Assembly: GCA_965223265.1 (NCBI GenBank) | Contig: OZ244999.1 | Span: forward strand, 1,184,001 to 1,248,000 | Length of the DNA: 64,000 bases | Reading direction: 5' to 3' | Source of the DNA: Planctomycetota bacterium | GTDB lineage: Bacteria > Planctomycetota > UBA8108 > SXIK01 | In this document: in pieces, positions 10,368 through 21,900 of the stretch | Layout of the letters: every line of letters starts with the position of its first letter | Numbering within the stretch: the stretch's first letter is position 1 | Made by a program: the position numbers and the translations under genes | Notes under the pieces: model-generated | Told to the model about the DNA's origin: nothing | Databases searched by the model: none | What the model saw: the letters and a program-made list of their open reading frames with translations, nothing else

Positions 10368-11198
10368 TCATTCCTCCCGGAAGCAAACGCCCGCCTGGGG
10401 CGTCGCCGTGCAATCAGTGGTTTCAAAAATCAATGGAAACGAGGTCGTCGACCACCGCAGCTCGTAGAACTTTCCGTCGCGTCCCGTGAGTGGCCAGGAC
10501 TCGTAGGTGTCTTCAAATCGACGTGGCGCATCGGGCATCAGCGTTACATCCTCCAGCGGTTCTTCGACGCGCTGCACCTGCAAACGATTCGGCCAGAGAA
10601 CGTTAGAAAAAGAAAAGCCCCGAAAAAGCGGTTGGCCGGGAGCGAGATGCACGCCCGTTGCTGAATAGAGGTCGTGAAAGATTGTCACACCTGCGGCGTT
10701 ACGGTAGACATTGATCGTCGCTGCAAAGTATTTCCGTCGCACCAAGGAGAAGAGATAGGGTCCCGGACTGTCGCCCACTCCGCACTCCTCGTGTGGCTTC
10801 ATTCGCCATCGAATCAGTTGATCTTCTCGATCGTCGACGAAGTAGTTCACGTCGCTGACGATGACGTCCAGATCATCAACGGTTTGGCCTGCGCCAAAAA
10901 AGTCACGTTCCGAGCTCAGAACGTTGCTGGTAAGTTGCTGCCATAGGGTGTGAGCCGAGACGTAGGTAGTCAGGCGGTGCACGACTCCGTCTGTATCGGG
11001 CACCAGGTACTCCACACGAAGGACGTCGGCGCCCTCCGAATCTTCTGCGGAGAATCTCTCAGCGCGAACCCAATCGGTAAGACTCTGAGTCTCAACGAAC
11101 AACTCTCCGCCGTTCGCGTGACCGAACGCTGTACCCTTTCTGGGAAGAGGTATGTGGACTTTGAAAAGTCCCGCTAACGTATCACTCGGTGCGCCCAT
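10368..11198 (-). CDS. Hypothetical protein
   Basis: 276-aa ORF with natural composition, no recognisable motif. Confidence 0.6.
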   Translation of the reverse strand: MGAPSDTLAGLFKVHIPLPRKGTAFGHANGGELFVETQSLTDWVRAERFSAEDSEGADVLRVEYLVPDTDGVVHRLTTYVSAHTLWQQLTSNVLSSERDFFGAGQTVDDLDVIVSDVNYFVDDREDQLIRWRMKPHEECGVGDSPGPYLFSLVRRKYFAATINVYRNAAGVTIFHDLYSATGVHLAPGQPLFRGFSFSNVLWPNRLQVQRVEEPLEDVTLMPDAPRRFEDTYESWPLTGRDGKFYELRWSTTSFPLIFETTDCTATPQAGVCFREE

Positions 11199-11276
11199 GT
11201 CGGCGAGTATAACCGGTTCTCATGCCCGCAATTCTCTACGGAGGTCAGTGCTCCGTGGGATCCTGAAGAATCCCTA

Positions 11277-12338
11277 CTACGTGAGTTCCACGACCTGCTT
11301 GGCTTTCTGAGATTGATCCGCGGCGAAAACAATCTTGAGACTGGTCATGACCCGATCTTGGTGCGAGGACATGTCGGAGTCGTTGCGGATGCAGTCGACA
11401 AAAGCTCTCTGTTCGAGCAGTGCGAGTCCATCATGGTCAGGCTCGTCCACCGTGATCACATCGTCTTCGCGGACGAACTCCTTCGCCTTTTGCTCGGCGT
11501 AGTGCCGGATGATGGTGTTCGCCTCCACGTGGTGGTCCTTGTCATCGGAGCGCCCTTTGGCCGGGACGATGCTGGCAGCGCCTCCCGGTCCGACGACGTC
11601 TTTAACGAAGTAAGCCGTCTCGCTCATCATCGGTCCCCACCCCGCCTCATACCAGCCCACCGAGCCGTCCTCGAATTCCACCTGCAGTTGGCCGTAGTTG
11701 CAGATGTGCTCCGGAACCAGATCCCAGTTGCGACACCCGATGGCATGCACTCTCACCGGCCGGCACTGGGCCATTTGATACATGATGTCGACGTAGTGAA
11801 CTCCGCAGTCAACGATCGGCGACTGCACCTGCATGATATTGTACAGCGTGTCGTAGAACTCACCTTTGGCCTGTTGGTTCAGGTTCATCCGCATGGCGAG
11901 CGGCTTTCCCAAATCGTGGGCGATTTCGGTGAACTTGCTCCACGAGGGGTGCGTCATGAGTATGTATCCGACATACAGCTTACGGTTCAGCCGGTTGGCC
12001 AGATCGAACAGTTCCTGGGATTCCTCCATGGTTTCCGCGAGCGGTTTCTCCACGAAGACGTGCAATCCGCGGTTCAGAGCGGTCGACACATAGTGGTAGT
12101 GGGAATCGGTATAGGTGCTGATGGCCACGGCGTCGGGGGACGTTTTTTTGAGAGCTTCCTCGAAGTCTGTGAAGCGAGGCACGTCGCCGGTCAGGATGTC
12201 GGCCAGCTTTTCCGAGCTGCTGAGATTCCTCGTGACGATTCCGACGTTCTGAACTCCGTCGATCTGTTCGTAGGCTTTAGCGTGCAGGGTCCCCATGAAC
12301 CCGGCACCCACGCTCAACACTTTGATTGCATCGCTCAT
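11277..12338 (-). CDS. Gfo/Idh/MocA family oxidoreductase
   Basis: 'VGAGFMGTLH', 'HVFVEKPLA', 'DCGVHYVD'; start overlaps the upstream stop (ATGA). Confidence 0.92.
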   Translation of the reverse strand: MSDAIKVLSVGAGFMGTLHAKAYEQIDGVQNVGIVTRNLSSSEKLADILTGDVPRFTDFEEALKKTSPDAVAISTYTDSHYHYVSTALNRGLHVFVEKPLAETMEESQELFDLANRLNRKLYVGYILMTHPSWSKFTEIAHDLGKPLAMRMNLNQQAKGEFYDTLYNIMQVQSPIVDCGVHYVDIMYQMAQCRPVRVHAIGCRNWDLVPEHICNYGQLQVEFEDGSVGWYEAGWGPMMSETAYFVKDVVGPGGAASIVPAKGRSDDKDHHVEANTIIRHYAEQKAKEFVREDDVITVDEPDHDGLALLEQRAFVDCIRNDSDMSSHQDRVMTSLKIVFAADQSQKAKQVVELT

Positions 12339-13174
12339 GGTATAGATTCCTTTCTCCATGACGACTCCGTGTGGAAATCTTCCAGGAATCGTTCGAGGCA
12401 CGCCTCCTTGGTTCCCTTGAAGAGGTAGATCTTGCCGCGGATTTCGCGGGTTTCTCCTCGTCGCAGCGGGCCGACCCGGATCGACAGATGCATGCACTCC
12501 CAGGGATTGTGCCCTTGTGCGGAGAGAAAGTCTTCCCATGCGATTCCGGTGACCCACTGGCCGTCAGTTGACTCTCGGATCAGAATCCCCCGAGTGGCGT
12601 TGACCTCGGAGGTCGGCCACTTGTGGGAGAACGCAAATTCTCCGTTCGGTGAGACCGCCCCCAATTGGGGGCGCAGCTCGGCGTTGAAGTGGATCTCACG
12701 TTTTTGCTGCCTATGAAGCCCGGCCTCCGAGAGAAAGTAGGTGCGGGTGTTGGCGAGCTGACGGTTGCGCTCGTCTTTCGGGCCGGGATTGAAACAAGGA
12801 ATGATCGCCGCAAGCGGCGGCCAGTCATGATCAGAGCGGTTCGATATCGCGAGCTGCAGCTCCACGCCGTCCGAGACGGTCTGAAGACTCAGGCGGATCG
12901 CGTCCGAACTCACGGTGGCAGCGTCTTTGCCGGGACTGACTTCTCTTTTGAAGCCATCAAAGCCGCCGGCGGTATGCTCCCCTTTTTCGACAGCGTCGAA
13001 CATGTGCCACTCGTAGAACCACAAATACATCGCCATGGTCCCATGCTCGCGCGGGGCGACGGCGATGCCGCGCTCCCACTCTGACAACGCGAGCGTCCCT
13101 TGGTGGGAAGCGCATCCTATGCTCGTGAGGAAGCACAGCGTCAGAGCCGTGAGTTGCAGACTACGCCTTGGCAT
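12335..13174 (-). CDS. Hypothetical secreted protein or lipoprotein
   Basis: Signal-like MPRRSLQLTALTLCFLTSIGC; translationally coupled to the Gfo gene. Confidence 0.65.
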   Translation of the reverse strand: MPRRSLQLTALTLCFLTSIGCASHQGTLALSEWERGIAVAPREHGTMAMYLWFYEWHMFDAVEKGEHTAGGFDGFKREVSPGKDAATVSSDAIRLSLQTVSDGVELQLAISNRSDHDWPPLAAIIPCFNPGPKDERNRQLANTRTYFLSEAGLHRQQKREIHFNAELRPQLGAVSPNGEFAFSHKWPTSEVNATRGILIRESTDGQWVTGIAWEDFLSAQGHNPWECMHLSIRVGPLRRGETREIRGKIYLFKGTKEACLERFLEDFHTESSWRKESIP

Positions 13175-13421
13175 GGTTCCGTCCTGAGTGAAACGCACGG
13201 GAGTGCCGGAGGATGGACGTCGTGAAGGCAAGATACCAAAACACCCCGACATCGCCAGACGAAAGAACTCGAGCGACCGCCCAGTGACAAAAAATCGATC
13301 GGACACGGGTGGGATTAGTAGCGTCGTACCGACGTCATCGGTGTTGGAGAGTTCAACGACTCTGTTGGTCTTTTAGACTGATCAAGATCTGCGGCTGAGT
13401 CCCGTTTGAGATCACTCGACC

Positions 13422-15210
13422 TCACTCGGAGTGTTCACACAGGCGCACCGACTCCCGCGCGTCTTCCAGTTTATCGGTGACCCAGCCCACCCACGCGCTG
13501 TTCGGGATCCGTGCGTCCTTTTTCAACATTTCTCGCCACCGTTCGTCGGCCTCGGCCAAGACTTTTCTGGCCTCTTCGCATCGCTTGGCAGCGGCAAGAC
13601 GACTTGCCAGCTGAACGGTATAAACCGGGGTGCTCGACATACTGCTGGCCGCCCGTAGCAAAACAATGGCGCCACCGAGGTCCCCTCGCGCCTCATAACT
13701 CTCCGAGATGCTTGCCAGATCGTAGGCACTCCCGTCGATCGCCAGAGAGATGAACGCTCCACGTTCCCCTTCGAGCCCCAGTGTGGAGAGACCCATGTCT
13801 CCGATCACTCTCACCATGAGATAGCCAAGCACAGTCAGCAAGAGGATCGCGTAAAACGTTACCCGCGACCGAAATCTCGACGGCGGCTTAGCAGCCTGTT
13901 GAAAAAGTGCTTCGAGCCGAAAACTGGTCTCTTCGCGTCCAGATCGGCCGCGGCAAACGCAGGTAATCTCCGAGATTTTCGAGTATTGACGCGGTCGAGC
14001 TGGGCGTGAAGAGGCCGGTTTCTCGGCCGAATGACTTTTTCAACGGGCTGTTAGGCCGGGGATAGTCTGGTTGAACTCCCGTAGCGATGAGTCGATCGTA
14101 GAGTTCCGGATGAGTTTGTCTTTTCTGGCCCAGGACCGCAGGTGTGAGGTTGTACTCATAAATGCGTTCCAACGCGCTGGCGTAGATGCCAGCGTCCTCG
14201 TGGCTCTCTTGACCGACGCGGTCGGCTCTCGTTTCCATTCGCTGCGACAACCGACTGAACAGTAGCGACACGGCCGTGTATCCAAGTAGAGCCCCAACGA
14301 AGGCCTCAAGTCCGAATTGCCGCGGAATCAGGGGGGCCGCTGCTACCGGTAGAAACATAAGATGCGCCGCGAAACGCAGACGTCGAATGCGACGCGGTTC
14401 GTCGAGGTGGGCGAGTTCGTGCGCGCAAATCGCTGCGAGCTCACGATCGTTAAGGATTCGCAGCGCGACATCGCTGAAGGCGACCACGCGAGCGTGCACA
14501 AACGCGAACGCCTGCGCATCGTTGTAGGTGAGCTCAAGCACGCCTTGTGGTTCAATGTCCACTCGTTCGCTTACGTCCCGGACGATGCGTTGTACGTGCT
14601 CTGGCGCCGGTCGGGCCAGCCCGAGTGCACGCGCTACAGCGAGGGATCGATCGTGGACGGCCGCGACTGTCAGCACGAGCGCTAACGCCAGGAGAAACAC
14701 TGGAGCGATTCCAAACTCCTTCGGCATGACGAACGCGAAAATCAAAGGGATGGCAAAATGTGGCAGCATAACCACAGTGAAGCAAGTGGTTCCGGCTAGC
14801 ATCGATCGCAGCGGTCGTGGTTCTTCGACAAGTCGATTATGGAGTCTGGCGTGATTCATGTAGGCGCCGAGGAACGCACACAGCGCAAGGACCGGCACCG
14901 GAACTTTCCAGAGCGTTTTGGTGCTCGCTGCGGCGACTGTGGCGATGACGGGGAAGAACCACAAACAACTCGCCGAAAACCTCTGCGCCGGAAACGACCG
15001 CCGTGCGCGATCCACCCAGGAAGCCGCGGGAGCTCTTCGCAGAGGACGAAGCAAATACGCGGTCCCCATGCGCGAGAGCAAGTAAGCTCCAAAAGCCGCA
15101 AACAGACTGTAGTAGATTGTCCTCATCCATGGGATCCACGCGGGAAGCAGATCGCGTGCCGCTTCCAGAGCCGCTTCCTGCTCTGGAGTGAACGACACGG
15201 CCATGAACAT
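13422..15210 (-). pseudogene. M48-family membrane zinc metalloprotease interrupted by a MITE
   Basis: HELAH, 'ETRAD', 'THPEL..RL'; removing 13892-14054 joins PDYPRP-KPPSRFRSRVTFYAILLLTVLGY in frame with ORF 13422-13841. Confidence 0.85.
13892..14050. mobile_element. 159-bp MITE, copy 1 (IS5/IS1182-like ends)
   Basis: 17-bp TIRs CAGCCTGTTGAAAAAGT / CAGCCCGTTGAAAAAGT; 4-bp target duplication TTAG at 13888-13891 and 14051-14054; identical to 41670-41828. Confidence 0.93.
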
Positions 15211-15564
15211 GGACTAACCTCGAAGCGGAGAGTTGTTTAAAGGAACGCCCGAATCACGCGCACGCCTCCATAGCCTATACGCGAACCGTGTCGTTCGAAA
15301 CAGCATCGATGCGTCGTCTATGCCGCAGCGCGACGGATTGCACGTACTCCTGACCTGTGGGATGAAGTCTATGGCGAGCTCGACTCATGCCGGGCGATAA
15401 GACGTTTGATCAAGCTCGCGATGGTGCCAATCAGCAGAGACGCTCATCTAGCGTAGGAGAGTACAGCTTCAGTTGCGGCGGTGGCTTCGCGGTAGAAAGT
15501 TCGCAGTTTGCCAAAGAGCTCGACGAGCTGTTCCAGCTCGTCGTCGGATTCGTCTCCTTCGTAC

Positions 15565-17052
15565 GGGTGCAGATGTCGCATAACGTCGGTTTCGTAGGGA
15601 TTTACGAAGGCGTAGCAGCTTGACACGGCACGAAAAAAGTCCTTTCTCTTCGAATTGGAAAGTCAGTGAAGAGAAAGGACATGACAATGCTGGAGAAGAT
15701 CGACGATTTGCTTGGAGAGTTCAAGCGTCAGCTCTGTGAAACGCTCGGGGATTTCGAGTCGGCGGGCTTGAGCCCGCGGTCATTGTCGGCTTTCGAGCGG
15801 TCGCTGTTCGAACAGCTCGGGGAGCTTGGGCGAACGATCGAACGGACGGTTCTTGAAGAGAGCGACGTTGACGAACCGCACCTCGACATCGATGGCGAAC
15901 GGCACTACCGCAAGTACCGCGGCCCCAAGGAGTATCAGTGCTTTCTTGGGAAAATCGAAGTGAAGCGGACGGTCTATCAGGCCAACGGGGCGAGGGCTCG
16001 CACCATGTGTCCGTTGGAGCGCAATGCAGGCATTTTGCACCACGGCATGACACCGCTGGCCGCCGAATTCGTGAGCTACTCGACGGCATTGTCAGTCCCC
16101 GCGGAAGTCGAAGAGTTCTGTCGGCGCTGGCACTTTCTTCGTCCATGCGCGACGGTGATCAAGCACGTAGCAAGCGAAGTCGGCGAGCTAGGAGAGGATC
16201 TCTCTGAGATCTATTTCGAGCACGCTGTGTCCACCGAAGACGAAGCCGAGTCGGCTAAGGTCGCCGCCGTGAGTCGAGACGGCACCATGGTGAACGTTCG
16301 CGGCGAGGGCTGGCGTCAGGCGGAGGTCGGCACGATTGCGCTCTACGACAAAGCTGGTGAACGACTCTCAACAAAGTACGTCGCTGAAATGCCCGATGGA
16401 AGCGTGGAAGGTTTGAACGAGAAGCTCGACCGAGAGGTCCGAGCTGTCAAGGGCAGCCTTCCTCGGGGCGCGAAGTTGGTCTTTCTCGCCGACGGAGCGC
16501 TCTCGAACTGGACGTATCAGTCTGAGCATCCGATCCTCAAGCGCGCCACAGGCATCCTCGATTTCTTTCACGCTGCCGAGAAGCTGCGCGAAGCTTCCGA
16601 AGCTCTGTTTGGTCCCGGGAACCCGGAAGCGACAACGTGGTTCCGAGAGCAACGTGCGAAGCTTCTCGAGCAGAAGGACGGGGTCGAACGCGTACTTCAG
16701 TCCCTACGCAACCGTCGCACGCGGCGAGGTATCACGTCAGGGAAACGAGCGAAGACTCTTCACGAAACCGAACGATACTACGACCGAAAACGTGAACACA
16801 TGCGCTACTCGACCTATCTCACCAAGGGACTGCCGATTGGCAGCGGTGTCGTCGAAGCTGCGTGCAAGACCGTCGTCGGACACCGTCTCAAACGATCCGG
16901 CATGCGGTGGTCCTCTCGCGGCGGTCAGCAGATCTTGAATCTACGTTGCGCCGTCTTGAGTCGACGGTGGGATTCGTTCTGGGGCGCTCATGAGCAAATA
17001 CTCGGCGAGATGAAGATCGCGGCCTGATCCGCGTTATGCTGCGACTGCACCC
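15565..17052 (+). mobile_element. Insertion sequence, ISKra4-like (prokaryotic Mutator-type), 1488 bp
   Basis: Imperfect TIRs GGGTGCAG(N5)GCATAACG at both ends; 8-bp target duplication CTTCGTAC at 15557-15564 and 17053-17060. Confidence 0.9.
15666..17027 (+). CDS. ISKra4/UPF0236-like DDE transposase
   Basis: 'SRDGTMV', 'LADGA', 'LDFFHA.E.L', 'LPIGSGVVEAACK..V..RLKRSGMRWS'. Confidence 0.92.
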   Translation: MKRKDMTMLEKIDDLLGEFKRQLCETLGDFESAGLSPRSLSAFERSLFEQLGELGRTIERTVLEESDVDEPHLDIDGERHYRKYRGPKEYQCFLGKIEVKRTVYQANGARARTMCPLERNAGILHHGMTPLAAEFVSYSTALSVPAEVEEFCRRWHFLRPCATVIKHVASEVGELGEDLSEIYFEHAVSTEDEAESAKVAAVSRDGTMVNVRGEGWRQAEVGTIALYDKAGERLSTKYVAEMPDGSVEGLNEKLDREVRAVKGSLPRGAKLVFLADGALSNWTYQSEHPILKRATGILDFFHAAEKLREASEALFGPGNPEATTWFREQRAKLLEQKDGVERVLQSLRNRRTRRGITSGKRAKTLHETERYYDRKREHMRYSTYLTKGLPIGSGVVEAACKTVVGHRLKRSGMRWSSRGGQQILNLRCAVLSRRWDSFWGAHEQILGEMKIAA

Positions 17053-17480
17053 CTTCGTACTTATAGACGCGAGATCCTCGCCGCCGCAGCGCAGGAAAAC
17101 GTGATCGGATTTGCTCTTCAGTGACTTGCTCCAGTGCGGCGGAAACGCGGGCCACGTCGATCGGTTGCTGGTACGCAACTGGATCGATCGTCCGGTGCCG
17201 AACTTCCTTGCCGCCGAATACAGCATCTGCAAGCGGTGACGGACCACCCCGTAGTTCACCCGTCAACAGAAAGTGGAGAGCTTGCCAATCCGCGCCCACA
17301 TCGACTGCACGCGCGTGCTCAGCTTCCTCTCCATCGGGAAAGAGAAAGTCTACGATCGACGACGGGTCGTCCAGAAGAGACTCCAGCTGAGTCGCGGGTA
17401 TTGCGACTAGGTTCACGTACATCGTCATCGATCACTCTCCGAAGGGGCTCATCTCGACATCCGGCGTCGAGTCACTCGTG

Positions 17481-18308
17481 CTATGCTCTCGCCACGAGCA
17501 CGAACAGTTCTCCGTCGCTTTCTGAACCATCGCCGGTGAGTGCCGCGTGGCGCTCGACGTTCTCGAGTCCGACCTCACGCAGAAGCGCGGTGTAATCGGA
17601 ATCTGAGTACGCTTGTAGCGTGTCGACGTAGCTGGCGTCGCATCCGATCACGAAGTGCTGCTCGGTAGCGGCACGGCACTCAGGGTGCCACAAGCAGGTT
17701 CGGAGACAAAGGTGGGGTTCGTCCGCGAAGACGCTCCGTAGGGACGTGAACCAACGATCACTCCGTTCGCCCACCGAGCGTACATATTCTTCTGAGTGAA
17801 CTTCCAACACCAACACGCCCGAGGGCGCCAGCGCACGCCGAGCACGAATCAGGATCTCCTTAGCGTCTCGAGGTGAAAACGTGTTCAGCTCCCCGAAACA
17901 GAAAAGGACCAAGTGAAAGCCAGCGCCGAAGTCGGACTGACGCAGATCTTCGAGGCGGTACTCGCATGGGAGAGATAGCCTCTTTGCCTTGGATTCAGCG
18001 TATGCAATCGCAGCGGGAGAGAAATCAATTCCAACGCACGTGTGCCCGTGTCGGGCGAGACCGGTGGTGTAGAAACCGGGCCCACAGCCAAGGTCCAAGA
18101 CATGTCCCGAACTGCCATCGAGAATCGTCTGATGGAGCCACGAGACATGTCGGTCGATGGTTTCCAACGGACGGCTGGCACGATCATGTTGCTGCGAGAG
18201 GTGCTCGCGGAGCATGCGGGCACTGAAGTCGGCATCGTGCCACGGGATCTTCCCGTCGTCGGCCCACGGGACTACAGGTGTTCTGGCAATCAAGTCGGCA
18301 AGATTCAC
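17481..18308 (-). CDS. Class I SAM-dependent methyltransferase (start approximate)
   Basis: 'VLDLGCGPGFY', 'GIDFSP'. Confidence 0.88.
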   Translation of the reverse strand: MNLADLIARTPVVPWADDGKIPWHDADFSARMLREHLSQQHDRASRPLETIDRHVSWLHQTILDGSSGHVLDLGCGPGFYTTGLARHGHTCVGIDFSPAAIAYAESKAKRLSLPCEYRLEDLRQSDFGAGFHLVLFCFGELNTFSPRDAKEILIRARRALAPSGVLVLEVHSEEYVRSVGERSDRWFTSLRSVFADEPHLCLRTCLWHPECRAATEQHFVIGCDASYVDTLQAYSDSDYTALLREVGLENVERHAALTGDGSESDGELFVLVARA

Positions 18309-18460
18309 AAGGGCTATTCTCCCAGACGACGGTTCGCCGTCCAGCGAGCGGATCGGCAACTCGAAGACCACACGGGATCACCTGATTCACTTCCAACAGC
18401 ATAGGTCAGAACCCGGTTTCCTCGATACAGTCGCCGTAAAGGTTTCACATAACACTTGTA

Positions 18461-18501
18461 TCTACGATAAACATCGTAGATACTACGACGAACATCGTAG
18501 A
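18461..18501. promoter_or_regulatory. Tandem palindromic operator, probable BlaI-family binding sites
   Basis: TCTACGAT-AAAC-ATCGTAGA (perfect 8-bp arms) then ACTACGAC-GAAC-ATCGTAGA at 21-bp spacing, 30 nt upstream of the blaI-like start. Confidence 0.75.
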
Positions 18502-18531
18502 AACGGTGAGCCCTATGTCCGGAGAGTTGGC

Positions 18532-18915
18532 ATGGTTAAGCGCGTTCCTCCACGTCCCACCAAAGCTGAGTTGGCTATCTTAAGCGTCCTTTGGGAGCAT
18601 GGCCCGAGCACTGTCCGTCAGGTGCATGAGGAGCTGCGTCGATCCCAGCCCACGGGATACACGACGACGCTCAAGCAAATGCAGGTGATGGCGGAGAAGG
18701 GCCTTTTGTCACGCGGCGAGGCAGGTCGGGCGCATGTGTACCGCCCGACCCGCACGGAAGAGCGAACCTTACGCGCGGTGACGCGCGACCTGTTGCAGCG
18801 AGCTTATCGCGGGTCTGCGGAGAAGCTGGTGTTGCATGCTCTTCAGGCGAAGAAAGTTTCGTCCGACGAGCTCGCGAAGATTCGCCAGCTGCTCGATGAG
18901 TTGGAGAATCGCTAA
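18532..18915 (+). CDS. BlaI/MecI/CopY family transcriptional repressor
   Basis: 'PTKAELAILSVLWEHGPSTVRQVHE..GYTTTLKQMQVM.EKGL'. Confidence 0.93.
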   Translation: MVKRVPPRPTKAELAILSVLWEHGPSTVRQVHEELRRSQPTGYTTTLKQMQVMAEKGLLSRGEAGRAHVYRPTRTEERTLRAVTRDLLQRAYRGSAEKLVLHALQAKKVSSDELAKIRQLLDELENR

Positions 18916-21900
18916 TGGGGGAACTTCACGATCTTCTCTCTCGACCGGTTTTCCAGCGTGTCGGCTGGGCACTCGTTCACTTCCTGTGGCAGGGAGCGGT
19001 ACTGGGATCCCTGGTGGCGTTTGGACTGCTGTGTCTTCGGCAACGGTCGGCGAACTTGCGCTATCTTGTAGCTTGCGCGGGATTGCTGGTGGCGGCCGTC
19101 TGTCCCGTCGTCACGATGATGTGCGTCGATCCTCGGCCTGCTCCAGCGAATGTCGAGGAGCTACCGCTACCGATCGCAGGGAGCGATCCGTTCGGGGAGC
19201 CGTTTAGCCTCACAACCGTAGGGGGGCGGTCTTCAGTCGTTCGGTCGAAGGAAACTTCGGTGGAACCTCAACCCGGCCTCTCGCCCTCGGCGCCGGTGCC
19301 GACCCATTCCGCCGCGGCGACTCCTCCGCCGCGGAAAGATTGGCGCCTAGCCATCGACAGGGTCCTCCGCACGAATCTCCCGTGGTTTGTCGTTGTGTGG
19401 TTTCTAGGGGTCCTCGTGCTCGCGGTGCGTTTACTCGCGGGATGGTTGGAGATTCGGCGCATTGCGCGCACCGCTACGCTGACTGGGTGCGAACCTTGGC
19501 TACCGGTCGTCCGACGGTTGTCCAAGCAGCTCGGTGTTAGCCGTCCCGTCCGCCTGGTGAAGACGACGGCTGCCGCTGTGCCCATGGTGGTGGGGTGGTT
19601 GCGTCCGGTGATTTTGCTTCCGGTAGCCGTTCTCTCAGGACTTGCGCCGACGCAGTTGGAACTCATCCTCGCACATGAATTGGCGCACGTGCGCCGCCAC
19701 GACTACGTAGTGAACTTGCTGCAGGTGGTGATGGAGACGCTGCTTTTTTATCACCCCGCCGTGCACTGGTTGTCGCGGCAGATTCGCATCGAGCGCGAAA
19801 ATTGTTGTGACGATGTGGCCGTAGCGGCATGCGGCAGCGCGAAGGGTTACGCTCGCGCCCTGGCCGAACTCGCCGATTTGGCTTCTAACGGCGCCGAACC
19901 GAACACCGGGGCTGCGGTCGCAGCCACCGACGGATCGCTTCTCGATCGCACCCGACGCCTACTTGGGTTGCGGGCAGACGATCGCAAGACAAGGGTGTGG
20001 CGCGGCGCCGGCGCTGTGGCTTTGCTTCTCGTCAGTGTGCTCGTCGCCGGAATCGTATTGACCGCCGAAGGCGAGGGTGTTCCGGGACGCGTCTCGGGAG
20101 ATCCGTCAACGATCATCTTGCAGGGCGTGCGTGCCGACGGCGACGCCCAGCTGTATGACCCAGGCGGAATGCCGATCGAGGCGCGGCGCGATGTCTGGTC
20201 CGGGCCGGTGATCTTCGCACCGTCGAGCTGGGACGTCGACGAACAGCGACGGGATTTCTTGTTCCAGGTCTCCACGAGCGACGAACCGATTTCTTTTCTG
20301 CCCTGGGCACGAGTCTACGCTGCGGGAACCGAGTCGCGTGTCGGCGGCGGTTGGCGACCACAATTTGGCGCTGGCGACGGCGGTGCCAAGATGGTGCTTC
20401 CATGCATCATCGATCGAACGTTCACGAAGCGCATCGCGACGATTCCTCTTCGGGGCGAGTCCGTTGACGTCGAGGTTCCGGTCCAGCGGGTCGATGTGAC
20501 CCTGCGCTACTATCAAGGCCCACCCGACCCAGCCGCTATTCGGTTCGCGGGGCCTTTTCGCGCAGGGGTCGTGACACGGCCGGTAGATGGATCGGCCTAC
20601 GAGTTCACGCCCCAGCCGCAGCGACCCTGGATGGACAAATCGGTGAGGTTTCACCTCTCTACGAAGCTAGCATTCGATTCCAAAACGGTGGTGCTCGTCT
20701 ACGATACGTCCGGTCAGCGCCATCTCCTAGAATCAGCTGGTGGTAGTTTCGGGGATCGAGGTGCAGAGTGCGGCTTCAAAACGGAAGAGCTGCCTCTGGA
20801 CAGTATCGCGTTCGTCACCATCGGGGAGGAGCCGCGCGAGAGGACGTTTCATGATGTCGTGATCACGTACTCGGATCGACCGGCGTCCGAGTTTGCTCCG
20901 CACCTCGAGGCAATGGCCGAGCGCCTTGGTCGGACGAATCTCACCGCACAGCAGCTGGCCGAGAATGAAATTCGATCCGCGCGGGAGGCGCTCCAAGTGA
21001 TCGACCTCGTCCGCGGGTCAGAGATCTGGCACTCGGCGCAGACCATTCTCAATCCGCACGGGATCGACCTCGACAACCTGGAGCCCGAGGTGGAGGAACG
21101 CCTCCGTCGCACGTGTCGGGCTTGGCTGCAAGCGGACGATCCGGTCGTACGTAGCTGCGGAGTCGCGATCGGACTACGAAGGAATTGGCCTGAGTTCGTT
21201 GCTCCTGCGGTGGAGCTCTTGCGTCACCCGAGCGAACGGGCCCGCGGCAAATCAGCCGAGGAGCTCTACCGCTACAGGCAGCCACTGGCTGCGGAGGAAA
21301 TCTGCGAACTTGCTGACGTCCTCCTGGCGAACAAGGACCCGCAGGTGCACGGGCCCGCCCTGCGCCACCTGTTGTCTCGGAAGACGCCCGCGTCCACTGC
21401 CGCTTGCTGGGAACTAGCGCGAACCGCCGACCACCAAGCCTGGTTGTGGTTGCCAGCGATCCGGAAACTGAATTCCTGGGGTGAGCTGAAGAAAGCGCCG
21501 CTCAGCGAGCAGCTGCGAATCCGGCGCGATTTGGCGTTCCGAGTCAACAGCTCCGAATCGCTCGGAGATGAGAAAACTCGCGCGTTACTCCTCAAGCTTC
21601 TGACACCCGATTTGCAGGCTATCGACCAGAGCGTGTGGAGCAGTATCCTTCACGTCGCTGTTCAAGAAATCGATCGAAAGCGCGTGACCGCCGCGATGAT
21701 CGACTTCTTGCGCGGTGTCACAAACTACAAGCGCGCCTGGCGGGCTATCGATCGAATTGCTCGACAGATCAACCTGTGGCATGACGTCGACATCGGTCAT
21801 CTCGGAAAGGATGTCTCCAGGGAGACCTTGGATCTGAACCTGCCGTGGCCGACGATCGCGGCCGACGCGGTTCAATGGTACGAGACCGCACCTCGCCCGG

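Larger units (their letters stand above)
15444..17428 (-). pseudogene. YfbM/DUF1877 family gene split by an IS
   Basis: 'DVGADWQALHFLLTG' in the 5' part; removing the IS gives ...RVYKYEG-DESDDELEQLVELFGKLRTFYREA in frame. Confidence 0.82.

Noticed and set aside
10340-10380. In-frame TGA between ORF 10368-11198 and the LRR gene as a third Sec site
   Set aside because: A strong GGGAGGA RBS precedes the LRR GTG, there is no redox motif, and the nearby hairpin is too close to the TGA and lacks the CGUGA loop.
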